A stretch of DNA of 63,351 nucleotides, counting the filler, from Globobulimina sp. (Eukaryota): assembly GCA_003354225.1 (NCBI GenBank). It is 57 parts of 57 records of this genome, joined end to end, with 100 filler letters (N's around TTAATTAATTAA, not from the genome) between each part and the next. Parts side by side here need not be neighbours in the genome. Positions count along the whole stretch, not along the records: positions 51,218 to 52,230 come from PIVH01025819.1; positions 52,331 to 53,343 come from PIVH01025820.1; positions 53,444 to 54,455 come from PIVH01025821.1; positions 54,556 to 55,567 come from PIVH01025822.1; positions 55,668 to 56,679 come from PIVH01025823.1; positions 56,780 to 57,791 come from PIVH01025824.1; positions 57,892 to 58,903 come from PIVH01025825.1; positions 59,004 to 60,015 come from PIVH01025826.1; 49 more parts are not named here. One strand, written 5' to 3'. The notes under the pieces are model-generated. The model was not told the DNA's origin. It saw only the letters and a list, made by a program, of their open reading frames with translations, and searched no databases. Position 1 is the stretch's first letter, and the number at the start of each line of letters is the position of its first letter. This document shows, in pieces, positions 51,218 to 63,351 of the stretch. A program made the translations under genes and the position numbers.

Positions 51218-52230
51218 AAGATTGGATCTTGCAAACTCTCTAAAAAACGGATCAATGCTTCGCCGACAGAAAGTAAATTATATCTTGTAAATGGTTTGCC
51301 GGTATCCAAGCATTCGCGAATTAAATTTATTTCTGTATTGATGCCTCGTGAAATAAATATCGATTCACAATCCATTCCGTATCGATATAAATGATCGACT
51401 AAACGCCATAATTCTTTTGGTATACAAAGGTTTGTTTCGATGCAACTTAAAAATTCATTGTCATCAATGTCTCCCTCACCATTATGCTCATCATATTTTA
51501 CAATTTGTTTTTTGATTTGTTTTTTATTAATATCAATGTCATAGATATCATCAATGAATCTGTGCAAGAAAACAAATAAAATATATCGGATTTTATTGGG
51601 ACAGATAACATTTAAAACTCCGATGAAAATCCGAGATATTTTAATATTTGAATCACACCGAATTGGTTTTTTATACTTGATTAAATTTTCAATTTTATTT
51701 CCAAAGCAAGAGATTAAATATTTTGCGCTGATTACAATAGATTTCATCGCCATTTCTGTGTCGCTGTCACAATTATTTTCAATTCGAAGTAAAACTGTTT
51801 GCTGCAATTTATATCCATTCGATTGAATATTTTTTATATTTTGGGAAGTAATGCAAATCTGAAATGTAATGCCAATCTTTTCTTTGGCTTTAATTATGCC
51901 GTAATTTGGTGATATTGTCAACCATTTTGGCAATCCATTGCTTGTATTGGTTGCATTTGTAAATCTAAAATGGACGCTGCTGTGTCCTGCATTATGCAGC
52001 ATATGTTTTTTATGTTCAGTTTCGCCAAATTTTATAAATGGAAATGAAACTTCTGTTGCAATCTCAAGTTGTTGCAATTGATTATTATCGAATTTGTCCT
52101 TATTTCGAAGAATCTCTTTCTTCATTTCATTTCGCAACGAATTATCAAATATATTTGCGGCATACTTCAAATGAGCAAACACCGGCTTATGATCACTTTG
52201 CTTTTGTTCCATCGACAGCCAATATTTCAA
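51218..52230 (-). CDS. OCRL: OCRL/INPP5B-type inositol 5-phosphatase (catalytic end, ASH domain, RhoGAP-like domain), fragment
   Basis: SDHKPV; N.G...FRF; WL.ISP..G; SCFG; IPKELWRLVDHL; IRECLDTG; FLESL.DP. Confidence 0.92.
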
Positions 52231-52330
52231 NNNNNNNNNNNNNNNNNNNNNNNNNNNNNNNNNNNNNNNNNNNNTTAATTAATTAANNNNNNNNNNNNNN
52301 NNNNNNNNNNNNNNNNNNNNNNNNNNNNNN

Positions 52331-53343
52331 AAAATGTTCGAAAACATTGCCATCGATCAAATGGAAACAATTTTTCAAATCGTTTCTGTGTTTTCCATGG
52401 TAATATGTATACACTTTGTTTATGGATTGTTTCAGCCATTCAAATATGTCCTGTTTGTCAGTCAAACTCATCTCCACCTTCTTATCCCTTTGTGTTTTAT
52501 GCTCAGTGTCAGTTTTATTCTCATCCATATCATAATTATCAGATTTTATCCATTTCACCAATTGAATGTTCTGCAATCTATGATAATCTTCGGTTTGTAG
52601 CAAATCTTCAGAATAAAACTTGCTCCCCGTTGGATATGTGATTTTATCGTACTTTCTGTGCAGTGATTTTTGACTTTCATCAATAACACTGTCAAACGGA
52701 GTTAATGTGAATTTGTTTGTGTTGGAGTCTGCTTGTTTTAGTGTGGATAAATAAGTGATGCCGCCTTCGTCAGAGTCGGTATCCTCGCCAGAGCCCCAAG
52801 AGGAGGACTCTTCCTTTGTGTTGCTGTCACTATCGGCGGTTTCGTCAGATTCGTAGGAATCGTCCTCAGTGTCGGTGTCTGTGGTGGGGGTGGTGCTGGA
52901 TGAGGACTCTTCCAATTCTAAGTCAGTTAGTACGGATAGCCTTTTTTTGATATTTAGCTGTGTTTCTACATGGTTTACTGTTCTCGCTGTGGTTTGTGAG
53001 TTTATTTTCATTGTTTCTGATTTGGAGATTACTTCATTTGGTTCTTCTTCTATTTTTTGATCGTGATGGTGCATATAGATATTATGGTTGATTTTGTGGT
53101 TCATTTTATGTATGGCATCTTTTGGATCGATGCTGGATGATATTGATAGTGCAGCTAATGGCGGCAATGGCATTGGTAATACGCCTAATTTAAAGGCAGT
53201 TGGTATTACTTGAAAGGACTCGCGAATCATTCCTACGTTGGACACGAGGCTATGTGTTGTCACATCAGATGATGTTGACTCTTCTGAATCATTATAAAAA
53301 GAGTTGTAATCTTCAATTCCTGGCAATGTCATTCCTATCATCT
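52331..53343 (-). CDS. Acidic Ser/Thr-rich protein, fragment
   Basis: Open frame across the whole contig. Confidence 0.6.
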
Positions 53344-53644
53344 NNNNNNNNNNNNNNNNNNNNNNNNNNNNNNNNNNNNNNNNNNNNTTAATTAATTAAN
53401 NNNNNNNNNNNNNNNNNNNNNNNNNNNNNNNNNNNNNNNNNNNGTATTGTGCCATGGTCAAAAGTCAAAACGTTAAAAATCAGGCTTAATCAGCTAGTGT
53501 TAGAACAGTCGCCGCGAGGACGATTATTTTGTAAACGCTGACACGCAGACCATTCTTTTAACATTACCTGCCCGTAAATGAAAGAAACCGTAAATGAAAA
53601 AAAAGTTATAATTGAGCATACAAACACATGCACTGACAGCACTG

Positions 53645-54367
53645 TTAAGTATTATAACATCTCCTAACATGTCTATTACAATGTGAATTTTGAGAGAATC
53701 TTCTTTTGCATTTATTACATTGATATGGCTTCTCACCTGTATGAATTCTAAAATGTTTCTTTAAATCACTGCTGGTTTTAAATGCTTTCTCGCAGACACT
53801 GCATTTATATGGTCTCTCCCCGGTATGTCCTCGAAAATGAATAGTTAACGCACTCTTTGATTTAAATCCTTTCTCGCATTCACTGCATTTATATGGCCTC
53901 TCCCCGGTATGAATATAGCTATGTCTTCGCAATGAAGTGTTGGTTGAAAATGTCTTATCACAAATATAACATTTTGGATCATCTTTCATCTTAACATAAT
54001 GCAATTTTTTCTCATTTTTGGCTTGAAAATTGATATTATTCTCATTTTGTGTCATTGCCATTCTTGGTTTCGATGGTTCGGATTTCAACACCGGTTCATT
54101 CGTAATTAGTGTTTGCGAATTATTCGAAATCTGATTCAAACCGAACAACAAAGCTACCAATACCAACGGATTTTGTTCTATAAATTTATCATTAAAATTA
54201 TCAATTAATGCCACTTGTTGATAACATTGTTGCTGTATTGACTCAACAATACTCTGTTTCTGTGCTAATAACTTTGCGATATGTGCTGTATACTCTCTCT
54301 CCAATTGTTCTAACGCTTGATTGTGACTTAAAACCAACTGTTGTTTCAATACAGCTGCAAGTGCCAT
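53645..54367 (-). CDS. C2H2 zinc-finger protein (4 fingers), complete ORF
   Basis: Four CxxC...HxxxH/C fingers with HTGERPY/HTGEKPY linkers. Confidence 0.95.
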   Translation of the reverse strand: MALAAVLKQQLVLSHNQALEQLEREYTAHIAKLLAQKQSIVESIQQQCYQQVALIDNFNDKFIEQNPLVLVALLFGLNQISNNSQTLITNEPVLKSEPSKPRMAMTQNENNINFQAKNEKKLHYVKMKDDPKCYICDKTFSTNTSLRRHSYIHTGERPYKCSECEKGFKSKSALTIHFRGHTGERPYKCSVCEKAFKTSSDLKKHFRIHTGEKPYQCNKCKRRFSQNSHCNRHVRRCYNT

Positions 54368-54555
54368 GTGTCTTACTTAAAAGTTTTTGTTTTTCAGTTA
54401 AAATGTAATATTATAAAATTAATAAAAAAAAAAAGAATTAAAAAAAGTTTTTATTNNNNNNNNNNNNNNNNNNNNNNNNNNNNNNNNNNNNNNNNNNNNT
54501 TAATTAATTAANNNNNNNNNNNNNNNNNNNNNNNNNNNNNNNNNNNNNNNNNNNN

Positions 54556-54903
54556 TCTTTTTAATCCACAAAATATATTATCAAATTTATCCAATTCAGT
54601 TAAGTGTCGCTTCATTTTCTGCATTGCCAATTCTTCATCTTCTGTGATGACATGGTATACGTTGGACATTGGACTTATTTTATTGACAGCATTCATAATA
54701 TTCGGGATCAGATATGCTTTGCCAAATAACTGTGGATCACTCATCAAACCTTGCAACTCCGCAGATGACATTGATAAAGACTGCAGTTTGACTGCGTCAT
54801 GTTTGATAAACAAATCTTTAACATCTTCCAATCCATTGTTATTGATCCACGCCTCGAAATTGAATGCTGTGCCTTCACCTTCATCATTACTTGTATGCAG
54901 CAT
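54556..54903 (-). CDS. Protein with SAM-like N-terminus, 3' partial
   Basis: F..WI.NNGL..VK.LF.KH pattern. Confidence 0.5.
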
Positions 54904-54958
54904 TTTTCTTCACTGTGAACAGCTCAAAACTTCGGGTTTCTGCGAATTATACAACACA

Positions 54959-55438
54959 ATGTCACTTGAAGCGATACAGTTAACAGATGATGTCATGTCA
55001 TCTTTGCTGAAAGTAGATAATCGAGGCTGGAATATAAAATTATTTGTGGACGAACTGGCAATCTCCACATTGATATGCGCAAATTGCAATGGCATTTGTT
55101 GTGATGCGGTGGAATTGGGCTGCCAGCACAAGCACAAAGATGATGATATATTTCTATATTGCTATGTCTGCTTAAACCAATTGATAACAAACAACAGCAA
55201 TAAATGCCCGGTAAATGGCGCTGAAAACGCAGCAATTAGTCCAAATCGGGCAATTCGTAAACAAATTTCGAAAGCAACAGTGATATGTCCGTATTCTGTA
55301 AACTATAAATCAAAAGTTGTCGCAGTGCATGTATCTGACACAATGGATGTATGTGATGAAAAGGAAGGAAATGAAGGAGCGGAGAATATTGCTGTTTATC
55401 AACAACAAGTTTATGGTAATGGCCAATTATTAATGTAA
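54959..55438 (+). CDS. TRAF-type RING zinc-finger protein (3' structure uncertain)
   Basis: LIC.NC..ICCDAVEL.C.H...YC..CL...KCP...ISKA.V.CP. Confidence 0.75.
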   Translation: MSLEAIQLTDDVMSSLLKVDNRGWNIKLFVDELAISTLICANCNGICCDAVELGCQHKHKDDDIFLYCYVCLNQLITNNSNKCPVNGAENAAISPNRAIRKQISKATVICPYSVNYKSKVVAVHVSDTMDVCDEKEGNEGAENIAVYQQQVYGNGQLLM

Positions 55439-55667
55439 ATTAAAAATATCCATAATGATAATAATGATGCATGTCAGATTATGGAAACTGAAGAACGGAA
55501 AATGTTGGAAAGAGAAAGGGAAATAGTATTTTACCAAAAGGCAGTAATTTCGTGGCTAGAAACGTGTNNNNNNNNNNNNNNNNNNNNNNNNNNNNNNNNN
55601 NNNNNNNNNNNTTAATTAATTAANNNNNNNNNNNNNNNNNNNNNNNNNNNNNNNNNNNNNNNNNNNN

Positions 55668-56676
55668 CTTACTGTTCCCACCGAGCGACTCTGACAACAA
55701 TGTGGTTAATACGCTGTTGTTATACGGCACAAACTTGGCATGATCGGCCAGCGCAGAGATCACATCGCCCAACGCCGAGAGCGATTTGTTGATCTTCTTT
55801 AATTCCTCCATACGTTGGCCAACCACACCAGTTTTGCGTACCCGTTCGCTGCCCGCCAAATCAATGAGGTTTATTTTGCTCGCTGTCACTGCGCCGTCAT
55901 TGTTATATTGGTTCATATATAAAGTGAATATGCAATGTGAGCGCGACGAGATTTTATTCATTTGCGTTTCTGCCACAGTCCGATTGGCTAAACCCACATT
56001 CATTAACTTTTGGATGTCGCGATAGTCGCCGACAGCGTGTCTGGTTAAGCCCTGTACATATGGCCCTTTTTTAGGGTGAAAGCGGATCGCTAATTTCTGC
56101 CGTCTGCATATAATATATTGTATATTGTATATTTTATTGTGAGTGCAAGGATATTAATTACTTACTTTTTGCTGCTTTTCTTCTTTTTTTTAGAGTCTGA
56201 CTCGGGGTCCGATAGTAAGTCAAATATTTGATCCATATAAACCTCCAAATAGGAGGCTTCGATCTCGATGGAAATGTTGTCGCTGTAATCTTGTTCAATG
56301 CGACGGAATATTTCCTCGCAACCACGAGGGATTAAACCAGGGTTCTTTGCGGTGCCTAACATTGTGTACGTTTTGCCGCTGCCAGTCTGTCCATAGGCGA
56401 ATACCGACGAATTGTAGCCAGCAAACGCATTATCTACATATAAATGGCCTAAATCTGAAAATATATCCGATTGTTTCGTGTATTTCGCACTGTTATCACA
56501 ACTCCAATAACAATAATCAAAGTTAAATTTCTTTTTCTTTTGTTTCGCTTCGTTCCATACCATACAAGAATGTATATTTTTCATTGACACACAGAATTTC
56601 GCTCCTTTTCTCTTTTCGCGTGAATTGAATGGGCGCACTCGAATTGCGACGCGAACATGATCTTCGTCTCCATTTC
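55668..56676 (-). CDS. Kinesin motor domain, kinesin-3-like, intron 56104-56165
   Basis: VAIRVRPFN.RE, FDYCYWS, FAYGQTGSGKTYTM, HPKKGPYVQGL, SSRSH, DLAGSER, INKSL. Confidence 0.96.
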
Positions 56677-56779
56677 CTANNNNNNNNNNNNNNNNNNNNN
56701 NNNNNNNNNNNNNNNNNNNNNNNTTAATTAATTAANNNNNNNNNNNNNNNNNNNNNNNNNNNNNNNNNNNNNNNNNNNN

Positions 56780-57378
56780 CGCCTTCTATTTGTTTTTGAA
56801 ATCGATTCTTTTTTAGCATTATTTGCGTTTCTTGGAAGCAAATTAATTGCATTTGCTTTGCCTATATTTGTGGTGTCAAAATCCGATAATTTATAAACTA
56901 AGACTTGGTCATTTATATTATGTCCATTAATCACAGAATTCTCAAAATCAAAATAATATGCGGATGGTTTAATTATTATACTTTGGTCAAATGCCATTAT
57001 ACGACCACGTATACCGCGTTTATTACATAATGATAAGGCTACTTTTGATGAGCCATTTGCATTTAGTACACGGCCAAAATAATGGCATGATTCAGTGAAG
57101 GATGTAAAATATTGATGTTGTTTGCGAATACTATTTATATCAACACTCGTATGCCGTATATTGGATGCTGTCATGTCATGATTAGCAATTAATTTTACTT
57201 TATAATATTGGTCGAATGCAGTCAATTCGATAATGTTTGCAGACTCAAATAAATTCGTGTTAATCTCAATCAATTCGTAATGTTTAATTCTTGAGAATTC
57301 CTCTTTTCTGCTATCTGTTGATTGTACTGCTTGTATCAGTATAACCGCATATATCATTGACAATGTTAGTGGTGACAT
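56780..57378 (-). CDS. ADAM/ADAMTS-like M12B metalloprotease signal peptide plus propeptide, 3' partial
   Basis: Signal peptide; LTAF....L; CHYFGRV...S.VALSLC..G.RG.I; ends at RR (furin-like site). Confidence 0.75.
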
Positions 57379-57891
57379 GATGCGACTGAGTAAATTAAAA
57401 AAAGGTATTTTTTGGGTGATTCCACACAGAGCAAATATGGATAATGATGTTAAAGAAAAGCTGATTGAATATTTTATTGTTGCCGGCATAATCGATAAAT
57501 TTATGACAGATAATATTAATTTAATGTTTTCCCTGTCCACAAATTGTGGTTCAATGGATATTGTCAATGAAATAAAAGATTTTGTTCATGCCAAAAGTAT
57601 TAAAAATATGGAATATATTGCAATGGATACTGGTGCTGATCGAGTCGATTTTTTATGTGAGAAAATGTTTGATAACAAAAGAAGGAAATTATTAAATCAA
57701 TCATATTAAATTATTAAATGGAAAAATTGTTTGCAAAATATTTGGATAAATGAGTCAATATTTGTATATTATGGGGGATTTGCAGAAAATCNNNNNNNNN
57801 NNNNNNNNNNNNNNNNNNNNNNNNNNNNNNNNNNNTTAATTAATTAANNNNNNNNNNNNNNNNNNNNNNNNNNNNNNNNNNNNNNNNNNNN

Positions 57892-58903
57892 ATAAATATT
57901 TGTGGAATGTTTTGTAGACAAATTGTAGCAATAATTTTAATTTTATTCCATTTCTTCAATTCATAATTTAATAAACCAGAATTAAATAATTGTAAACCAA
58001 ATATACCCGAACTTAAAAGGACTAATACAGGGTAACAACCGCCGCAAATCATAATTAAAACCATCACAAATTTACTATTCTTTCGAAAAAATAAAATTGC
58101 ATTCTCATTAACAATATTACTTTTTTGCATTATTGATACTATTCGATAGCCACACACTGCGTTTACACAATATGGCATACAGATGAATACAATGCAAGCT
58201 ATGCCACATAGATAAATTCTTAAATCTGTCCTAAATTCATCATCAAACATTATCGTAAAACATACATTAATATCACTGGCCATAAGCACCCATTGCAATG
58301 CATAAAGCATCAAACCCTGCCATATGCAATCAATATGTGTTGTTTTTGAATCTATAAATGCCAACAATGAAATAATAAAACTTGTGGCAAGAACAGTAAA
58401 TAATACAATTAATAATTTATTGTCTCCGACAGTGATCTCGCTCGTTTCCGATGGATATAAAGCGGAGATTTTACCATAACTTTGGATTTCAAATATTAAT
58501 TTTGATTCAGTCTCTTCATTTTCGGCATTCATATCCGAATATTTATAATCCACAAAATATTTCCTCAATTTATGTGTGGCAATTAACTCAAATTTATCTT
58601 GCAAATTATCATAATCTGACAATATTAGACAACTATAGTCGCTACATTCAATTTTGCTGTTTATAGATATTCCGTATTTTTGTGCGTTTGCAAATTGTGC
58701 ATATTTCTCATTATTTATTTTTTTAATTGTATAGCCTAATAAATCTTCAATTTGTAAGCTAAAAAAGCGATATTTCAATGCAGTTGTTTCAAAATAGGAT
58801 TGTTCGATTATTTCGATTATGTCATCCGAAATATAAATAATGTTATTCACCAATATCAAAATATATTCATCCTCTAAATTCTTTAATGAATATGTAATCC
58901 TAA
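57892..58903 (-). CDS. Membrane protein with C-terminal multi-TM domain, fragment
   Basis: Several TM segments, ..SD.. and LQNIPQ motifs. Confidence 0.6.
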
Positions 58904-59084
58904 NNNNNNNNNNNNNNNNNNNNNNNNNNNNNNNNNNNNNNNNNNNNTTAATTAATTAANNNNNNNNNNNNNNNNNNNNNNNNNNNNNNNNNNNNNNNNN
59001 NNNGAAAAGTAACTGAAATTGGTCATGGAAGGGTCACCAGTTCCTGAATGACCATGAGCTCAATGTCACGTTGAAACATTTATC

Positions 59085-59600
59085 ATGTCTATACCCTCCA
59101 ATTCTGATGTTCTCAAGTTGTTACCTGCCTCTTTTCATAATGAAATCGCAAGCGTAACATGTGGTTCTAATCCGAAAGTATTTAAAGCTGTCATTCGTTC
59201 AAATCTTCATAATGTCGATGATATTAAAAAGTGGATCGCTGCCTTCTCTGCTACTACGGGTACTAATTGGATATGTGGAACATGCCGAAAAACAGTTGGA
59301 AAAAGAGTTGAAATTCGTAAAATGTACATCTGTCAACATTCGAACAATAGTAAAGTCATCCATAGTGAACAGGGTCGCAGACGTAACTGGGATTGTTGTG
59401 CAACACTCAATTTTTCTGTCAAAAATTGCTTCGAACGAACACATGATCCATTGGGATATTTTGCACGTGGTTTGATTTGTGAAATTAATCTCAACCAGGA
59501 CCATTCTTCTCATAAATTTCCTGTCAATTCCGCTCAAGGGCTTACATACCTCCGTTTACAAAAAGATGTCAAAGAACAATTTTTGGAGTACTTCGAGTAA
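59085..59600 (+). mobile_element. Probable DNA-transposon (MULE-like) N-terminal zinc-binding domain
   Basis: W...F...T.T.W; Y.CQH...C.A.L...H..H (WRKY/GCM1-like); no catalytic domain visible. Confidence 0.5.
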
Positions 59601-60237
59601 GTCATTTTTCGACCCCCTCCCCCTCCCCGCAGTTTTTGAACGGCCCCTCAGGGGTTGGAAAAATCTAAAATTTCGAATCAGGGGTCCGGAAAATTTCGAA
59701 AATTGAAAAAATAGTGGAAAAATTTCGCCCCCGTCCCCATGTATGTTTGTAATTTGTATAGCGTTGGTTTGCATTACTACTGTTAGCCCAAATCGCATGG
59801 GGAGATAACATGCCCCCTGAGGAATTTTATGTAACATCATCAACAACAACAACATCAACCACTGTCACTAATGAGCCACAGCCAATAAATGAAGAAGATA
59901 AGGAAAATGAAGTTGAAAGTGAAAATATTGACATTGATGATATTGATGAGTGCATGGAAAAGGAACACGAATTTTGCGTTGAAAAATTTTGCACAGGATT
60001 CTATGAACAATCAGCNNNNNNNNNNNNNNNNNNNNNNNNNNNNNNNNNNNNNNNNNNNNTTAATTAATTAANNNNNNNNNNNNNNNNNNNNNNNNNNNNN
60101 NNNNNNNNNNNNNNNTATTATTGCTGTATTTTCACCAAGAGAATTTCGAAAATTGGTTGAATTGCCAGAGTTGTTTGGCTATGAGGATTGTGGGTATCCA
60201 AAACATTTGGTCTCGTTTTACTTACGTTGACCTATTG

Positions 60238-61127
60238 TCATTGCTGCCCATGTCGTTGCGCTTCTCTTTTCCTTTTTGCTTTGATCCTTTTCCTTTTCTT
60301 CTTTTCTGCCTCAGTTCCCAATGTTATACCACTGTCTTTGTTCTTTTTAGTGATATGCACAATGAGCTCAAAAGATTCTTTTTCATATTTGAACATCGCT
60401 CCATCTGTGGCATACACAGTATCGCCACAATCCTTACTGATATTGGCAGATCCAAACATGCGTGCAATATCCGATGGCCTCAGACGCAGACTCTGTGATT
60501 TCTTATTTATTTTCCATTCACTCTTTCCATACATATCTTTCATAGGCTTTTTGTAATGGGTTCGTAACTCCCTTTCTTCCACAGCGGGCAATGCAATCAC
60601 TCTCCGCAATCCACCATTGCTACACTTCAATAATTTAGTCAATTCCATTTTCAAATACGCCATCTTTTTCTTAAAAAATGATTTGTGTAATTTGTTCTGA
60701 TTCTGTGTGTGTGTATATGTTCCATACAATGTTCAAAGCACAGAAAGTGACATACTTTGTATTTGTTGCTCACTGCCTCAAATAATCGTTTGTGCATCAG
60801 AGCTAATGCGTGATATTTTAATACTTTGCCATACTCAATGCCTCTGTCTCGAAACGCGATCAATACTTCCAACTCTGAATTGGGCACAGCGCCAGGCAAT
60901 ATATTGTAATCGTTGTGTGTGTCCTTCTTCCATCGTGGGTCAGAGATATTTTCGTCGAAGTGCTCAATGGAATTGATTGCGTGCCTTCGAGCTTGGGCAG
61001 GGAATAATTTCACTTTCGCGTATAAACAAATGTCTCCAACACAAAATTCGGATTCGGGAATCATTTTTAATGACCCAATTGCACCAAATAATTGGTCATA
61101 GTATGTTTCACTCAATTCGCTGCGATG
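60238..61127 (-). CDS. Unknown basic protein, intron 60697-60755, 5' partial
   Basis: GTATGT...CAG intron joins two ORFs in phase 0; K/R-rich tail. Confidence 0.65.
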
Positions 61128-61227
61128 NNNNNNNNNNNNNNNNNNNNNNNNNNNNNNNNNNNNNNNNNNNNTTAATTAATTAANNNNNNNNNNNNNNNNN
61201 NNNNNNNNNNNNNNNNNNNNNNNNNNN

Positions 61228-61772
61228 CATTGAATATGAAAAATAAAAAAAAAAAACAAAAGCAAAAAAAAGAAATCGACGCCTTATTAATAGACGAAGA
61301 TGGCTATGTGTTGGATGATGATGATAGCGATGATAAAAAATCCATAAATTCAGCACATAATTACAATAAACACAAACCACAACTTATGACAACGGAGGTA
61401 GGGACAGTTGCATTTTTACCACCTGAAATATTGGCAAATGTATCATTTGCAGATGCAGAGAACATGGGCGATGTTAAAATATTAAGTCAAAATACTTTAT
61501 ATGCCCAATCTATTGATGTGTTCTCGTTTGGTTGTATCATGTGGGAATTAATAATGAGAGACCAAGTGTACAAAGAATATAAAACTGCACAAGATATAAG
61601 AAATGCGATAATTAACGGCAATTATCCTAAAATACCGACAATATGCCCTGATAATTACACAAATTTAATCAGTGCGTGTTGGGAAAGGAATCCATTCAAA
61701 CGACCAGCCTTTCAATTTATAAATAACAAATTGAAACAAATGATCAAAGAGACAAATAGTTATACAAAATGA
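61228..61772 (+). CDS. TKL-group protein kinase C-lobe, 5' partial
   Basis: MTTEVGT.AFLPPE, DVFSFG..MWEL, CW...P..RP.F. Confidence 0.9.
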
Positions 61773-62578
61773 AATTAAAGTGCCTTTTGTCTGATTCGCG
61801 ACGAATTGAGTTGCTCAGTTTCGACTGTTGCGTCAGGATTAGTCAATGGCTTTGAATTGTTTGCTACGTTCAAAAGTTGAAATTCTTTTTCATATCCGGA
61901 TACTCTGTATATTACTTGTAATTATATTATCATATATCTGTAACATACTAGTAAGCACTTAACAACTTAGCGTGCGCATACAATGCATGTACTGTTGTAA
62001 TTAAATTTACTTTGACAGTTTCCTTTTTACCATTAATAAGTACAATTTGTATTCGTGTTGTTGGCTTATTTTGGTCACAAATAATTTTTTGACCTTTAAT
62101 ATTAGCAAATAATTGAACTTGCTCCTTTTTTTGAGCAGTATTAGTGTCTAATTCATTTCCAATGCCAATTGATGATGATTTATAATCATCAATTTGCTGT
62201 GAATCAACTTTGTGATCAGATGATTTTGTCGGTTGTATTNNNNNNNNNNNNNNNNNNNNNNNNNNNNNNNNNNNNNNNNNNNNTTAATTAATTAANNNNN
62301 NNNNNNNNNNNNNNNNNNNNNNNNNNNNNNNNNNNNNNNCAAACAAGTGATAATAATGGATGGAGACAAGATTTATTACTTTTTGAATGTATGTGATTGT
62401 TTGTTTGGTTTGTTTTAATTTTTTGTTGTTTGTAAATATAGATTTTTAGTTTCAATTCAACGGAAACAAAATATTTGAAACGCTCATTTTTTTCAAATAA
62501 ATAATGTGTTTTCTTGCTGTTTTCTAAAACAATTTAAGTTCAGCCTCAGTCTCATCGTTTGACCGTCCAAGTGAAAGA

Positions 62579-63351
62579 ATGGGAGTTGCCGAAGTCCTCA
62601 GTGCCAGATGGAAAAGCATAGCATTTAGTATTTGGATCTTATGCGTGCCCATCTATTATGTGAGCGCCTCGATTATCGTTTGTCTTTTAACCTGTTTGTT
62701 TTTGTCGTGCAGCACATTGTTCATCTGGTTCAATAATACGAATTTGAGCGTCGAAATCACTTTATTTTTATCCAAGGTCTTCCCGCCGGCAATAAAACCG
62801 GTTTGGGATACGACCAAAGAGCCATACAACGGATTTGCGAAATTGTTTCGTGGGAATCATCAAATAATTCACGAGGAACTGTTGGAATATGAGAAACATG
62901 GATATTTGCCACAATTCGACGATGTTTACCCAAATGGTTCCATTGTGAATTGGGACCGGAAATGGCATACAGTGACACTTCGTTGTTATGGCAGCGATAA
63001 TAAAGTCAGCAAATTCTTCCCCAAAACGATGCAAATTGTCAATGAATCGCCGATATGGTATGTTGAGTGTTGACGTGATCGATCACAAAATAAATATATA
63101 CACAAAATAAAAGGTTGACAGAAGTGATGTTTTCCTACATCGAGGCTTATAAATATATTCCTCGACATCGGGGTCCTTATGCCGGCGTATTCCGTTACCA
63201 GTTAAGTTTGGAAATTCCTCCAAATGTCAGCGAGCCAGAAAAGAATTTATATTTAGCGGTATGGCCCGGGACAACGAGCACAGATTGGTGGGATCCCAAT
63301 GATTGCCCGCCTGGTTCGCCACAAATATTGGGCTGGAAACCTGGCTCAGAT
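62579..63351 (+). CDS. Aspartyl/asparaginyl beta-hydroxylase-domain protein, intron 63058-63113, 3' partial
   Basis: N-terminal TM, FPKT, spliced W|LTEVMFS...IPRHRGPYAGVFRYQL.L.IP. Confidence 0.85.

Noticed and set aside
51560..51631. Possible non-canonical (GA-AG) in-frame intron in OCRL
   Set aside because: A hydrophobic insert and a CAG acceptor are visible, but the donor cannot be assigned without transcripts
54644..54958. 5' extension of the RING ORF overlapping the opposite gene
   Set aside because: Shadow of the minus-strand gene; the likely start is ATG 54959
1015..62339. Regularly spaced TTAATTAATTAA repeats resembling an array or CRISPR
   Set aside because: Artificial N-flanked spacer with six-frame stops used to join contigs
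1..63351. Operon or defence-island reading of co-occurring RT, nuclease and RelA-like genes
   Set aside because: The genes are on separate contigs sorted by length; adjacency is not biological
3343..63351. Alternative genetic code
   Set aside because: Conserved genes translate cleanly in the standard code; breaks are explained by introns or pseudogenisation

Overview
This is not one continuous locus. It is 57 unrelated assembly contigs of about 1012-1014 bp, ordered by decreasing length and joined by an artificial 100-nt spacer (N44-TTAATTAATTAA-N44, with stops in all six frames). Gene neighbourhood across spacers therefore means nothing. The DNA is AT-rich eukaryotic nuclear genomic sequence in the standard code with short (about 53-101 nt) GT-AG introns. 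The gene families seen (kinesin-3, coronin, OCRL, RGS, Cys-rich surface proteins, lineage-type SPRY/TPR proteins) suggest a heterotrophic protist, most likely a foraminiferan (inference); some contigs may come from other organisms. Recognisable genes, mostly partial: TyrRS, SMC3, kinesin-3, OCRL/INPP5B, coronin, ER DnaJ, SCPEP1-like peptidase, CLN3, kinases, zinc fingers and 2OG-Fe(II) oxygenases. Transposon fragments: Penelope-like, LINE RT, APE endonuclease, Ty3/gypsy, Harbinger/ISL2EU, Helentron-like and possibly MULE. The best candidates for follow-up are a nuclear RelA/SpoT-synthetase-like protein, a candidate minimal hammerhead ribozyme after the Penelope ORF, a circular or tandem 894-bp non-coding element, a 64-nt tRNA-like gene with a truncated anticodon arm, a truncated XRN N-terminal micro-ORF, and repeated very compact head-to-head gene pairs. 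No multi-gene novel system can be supported.
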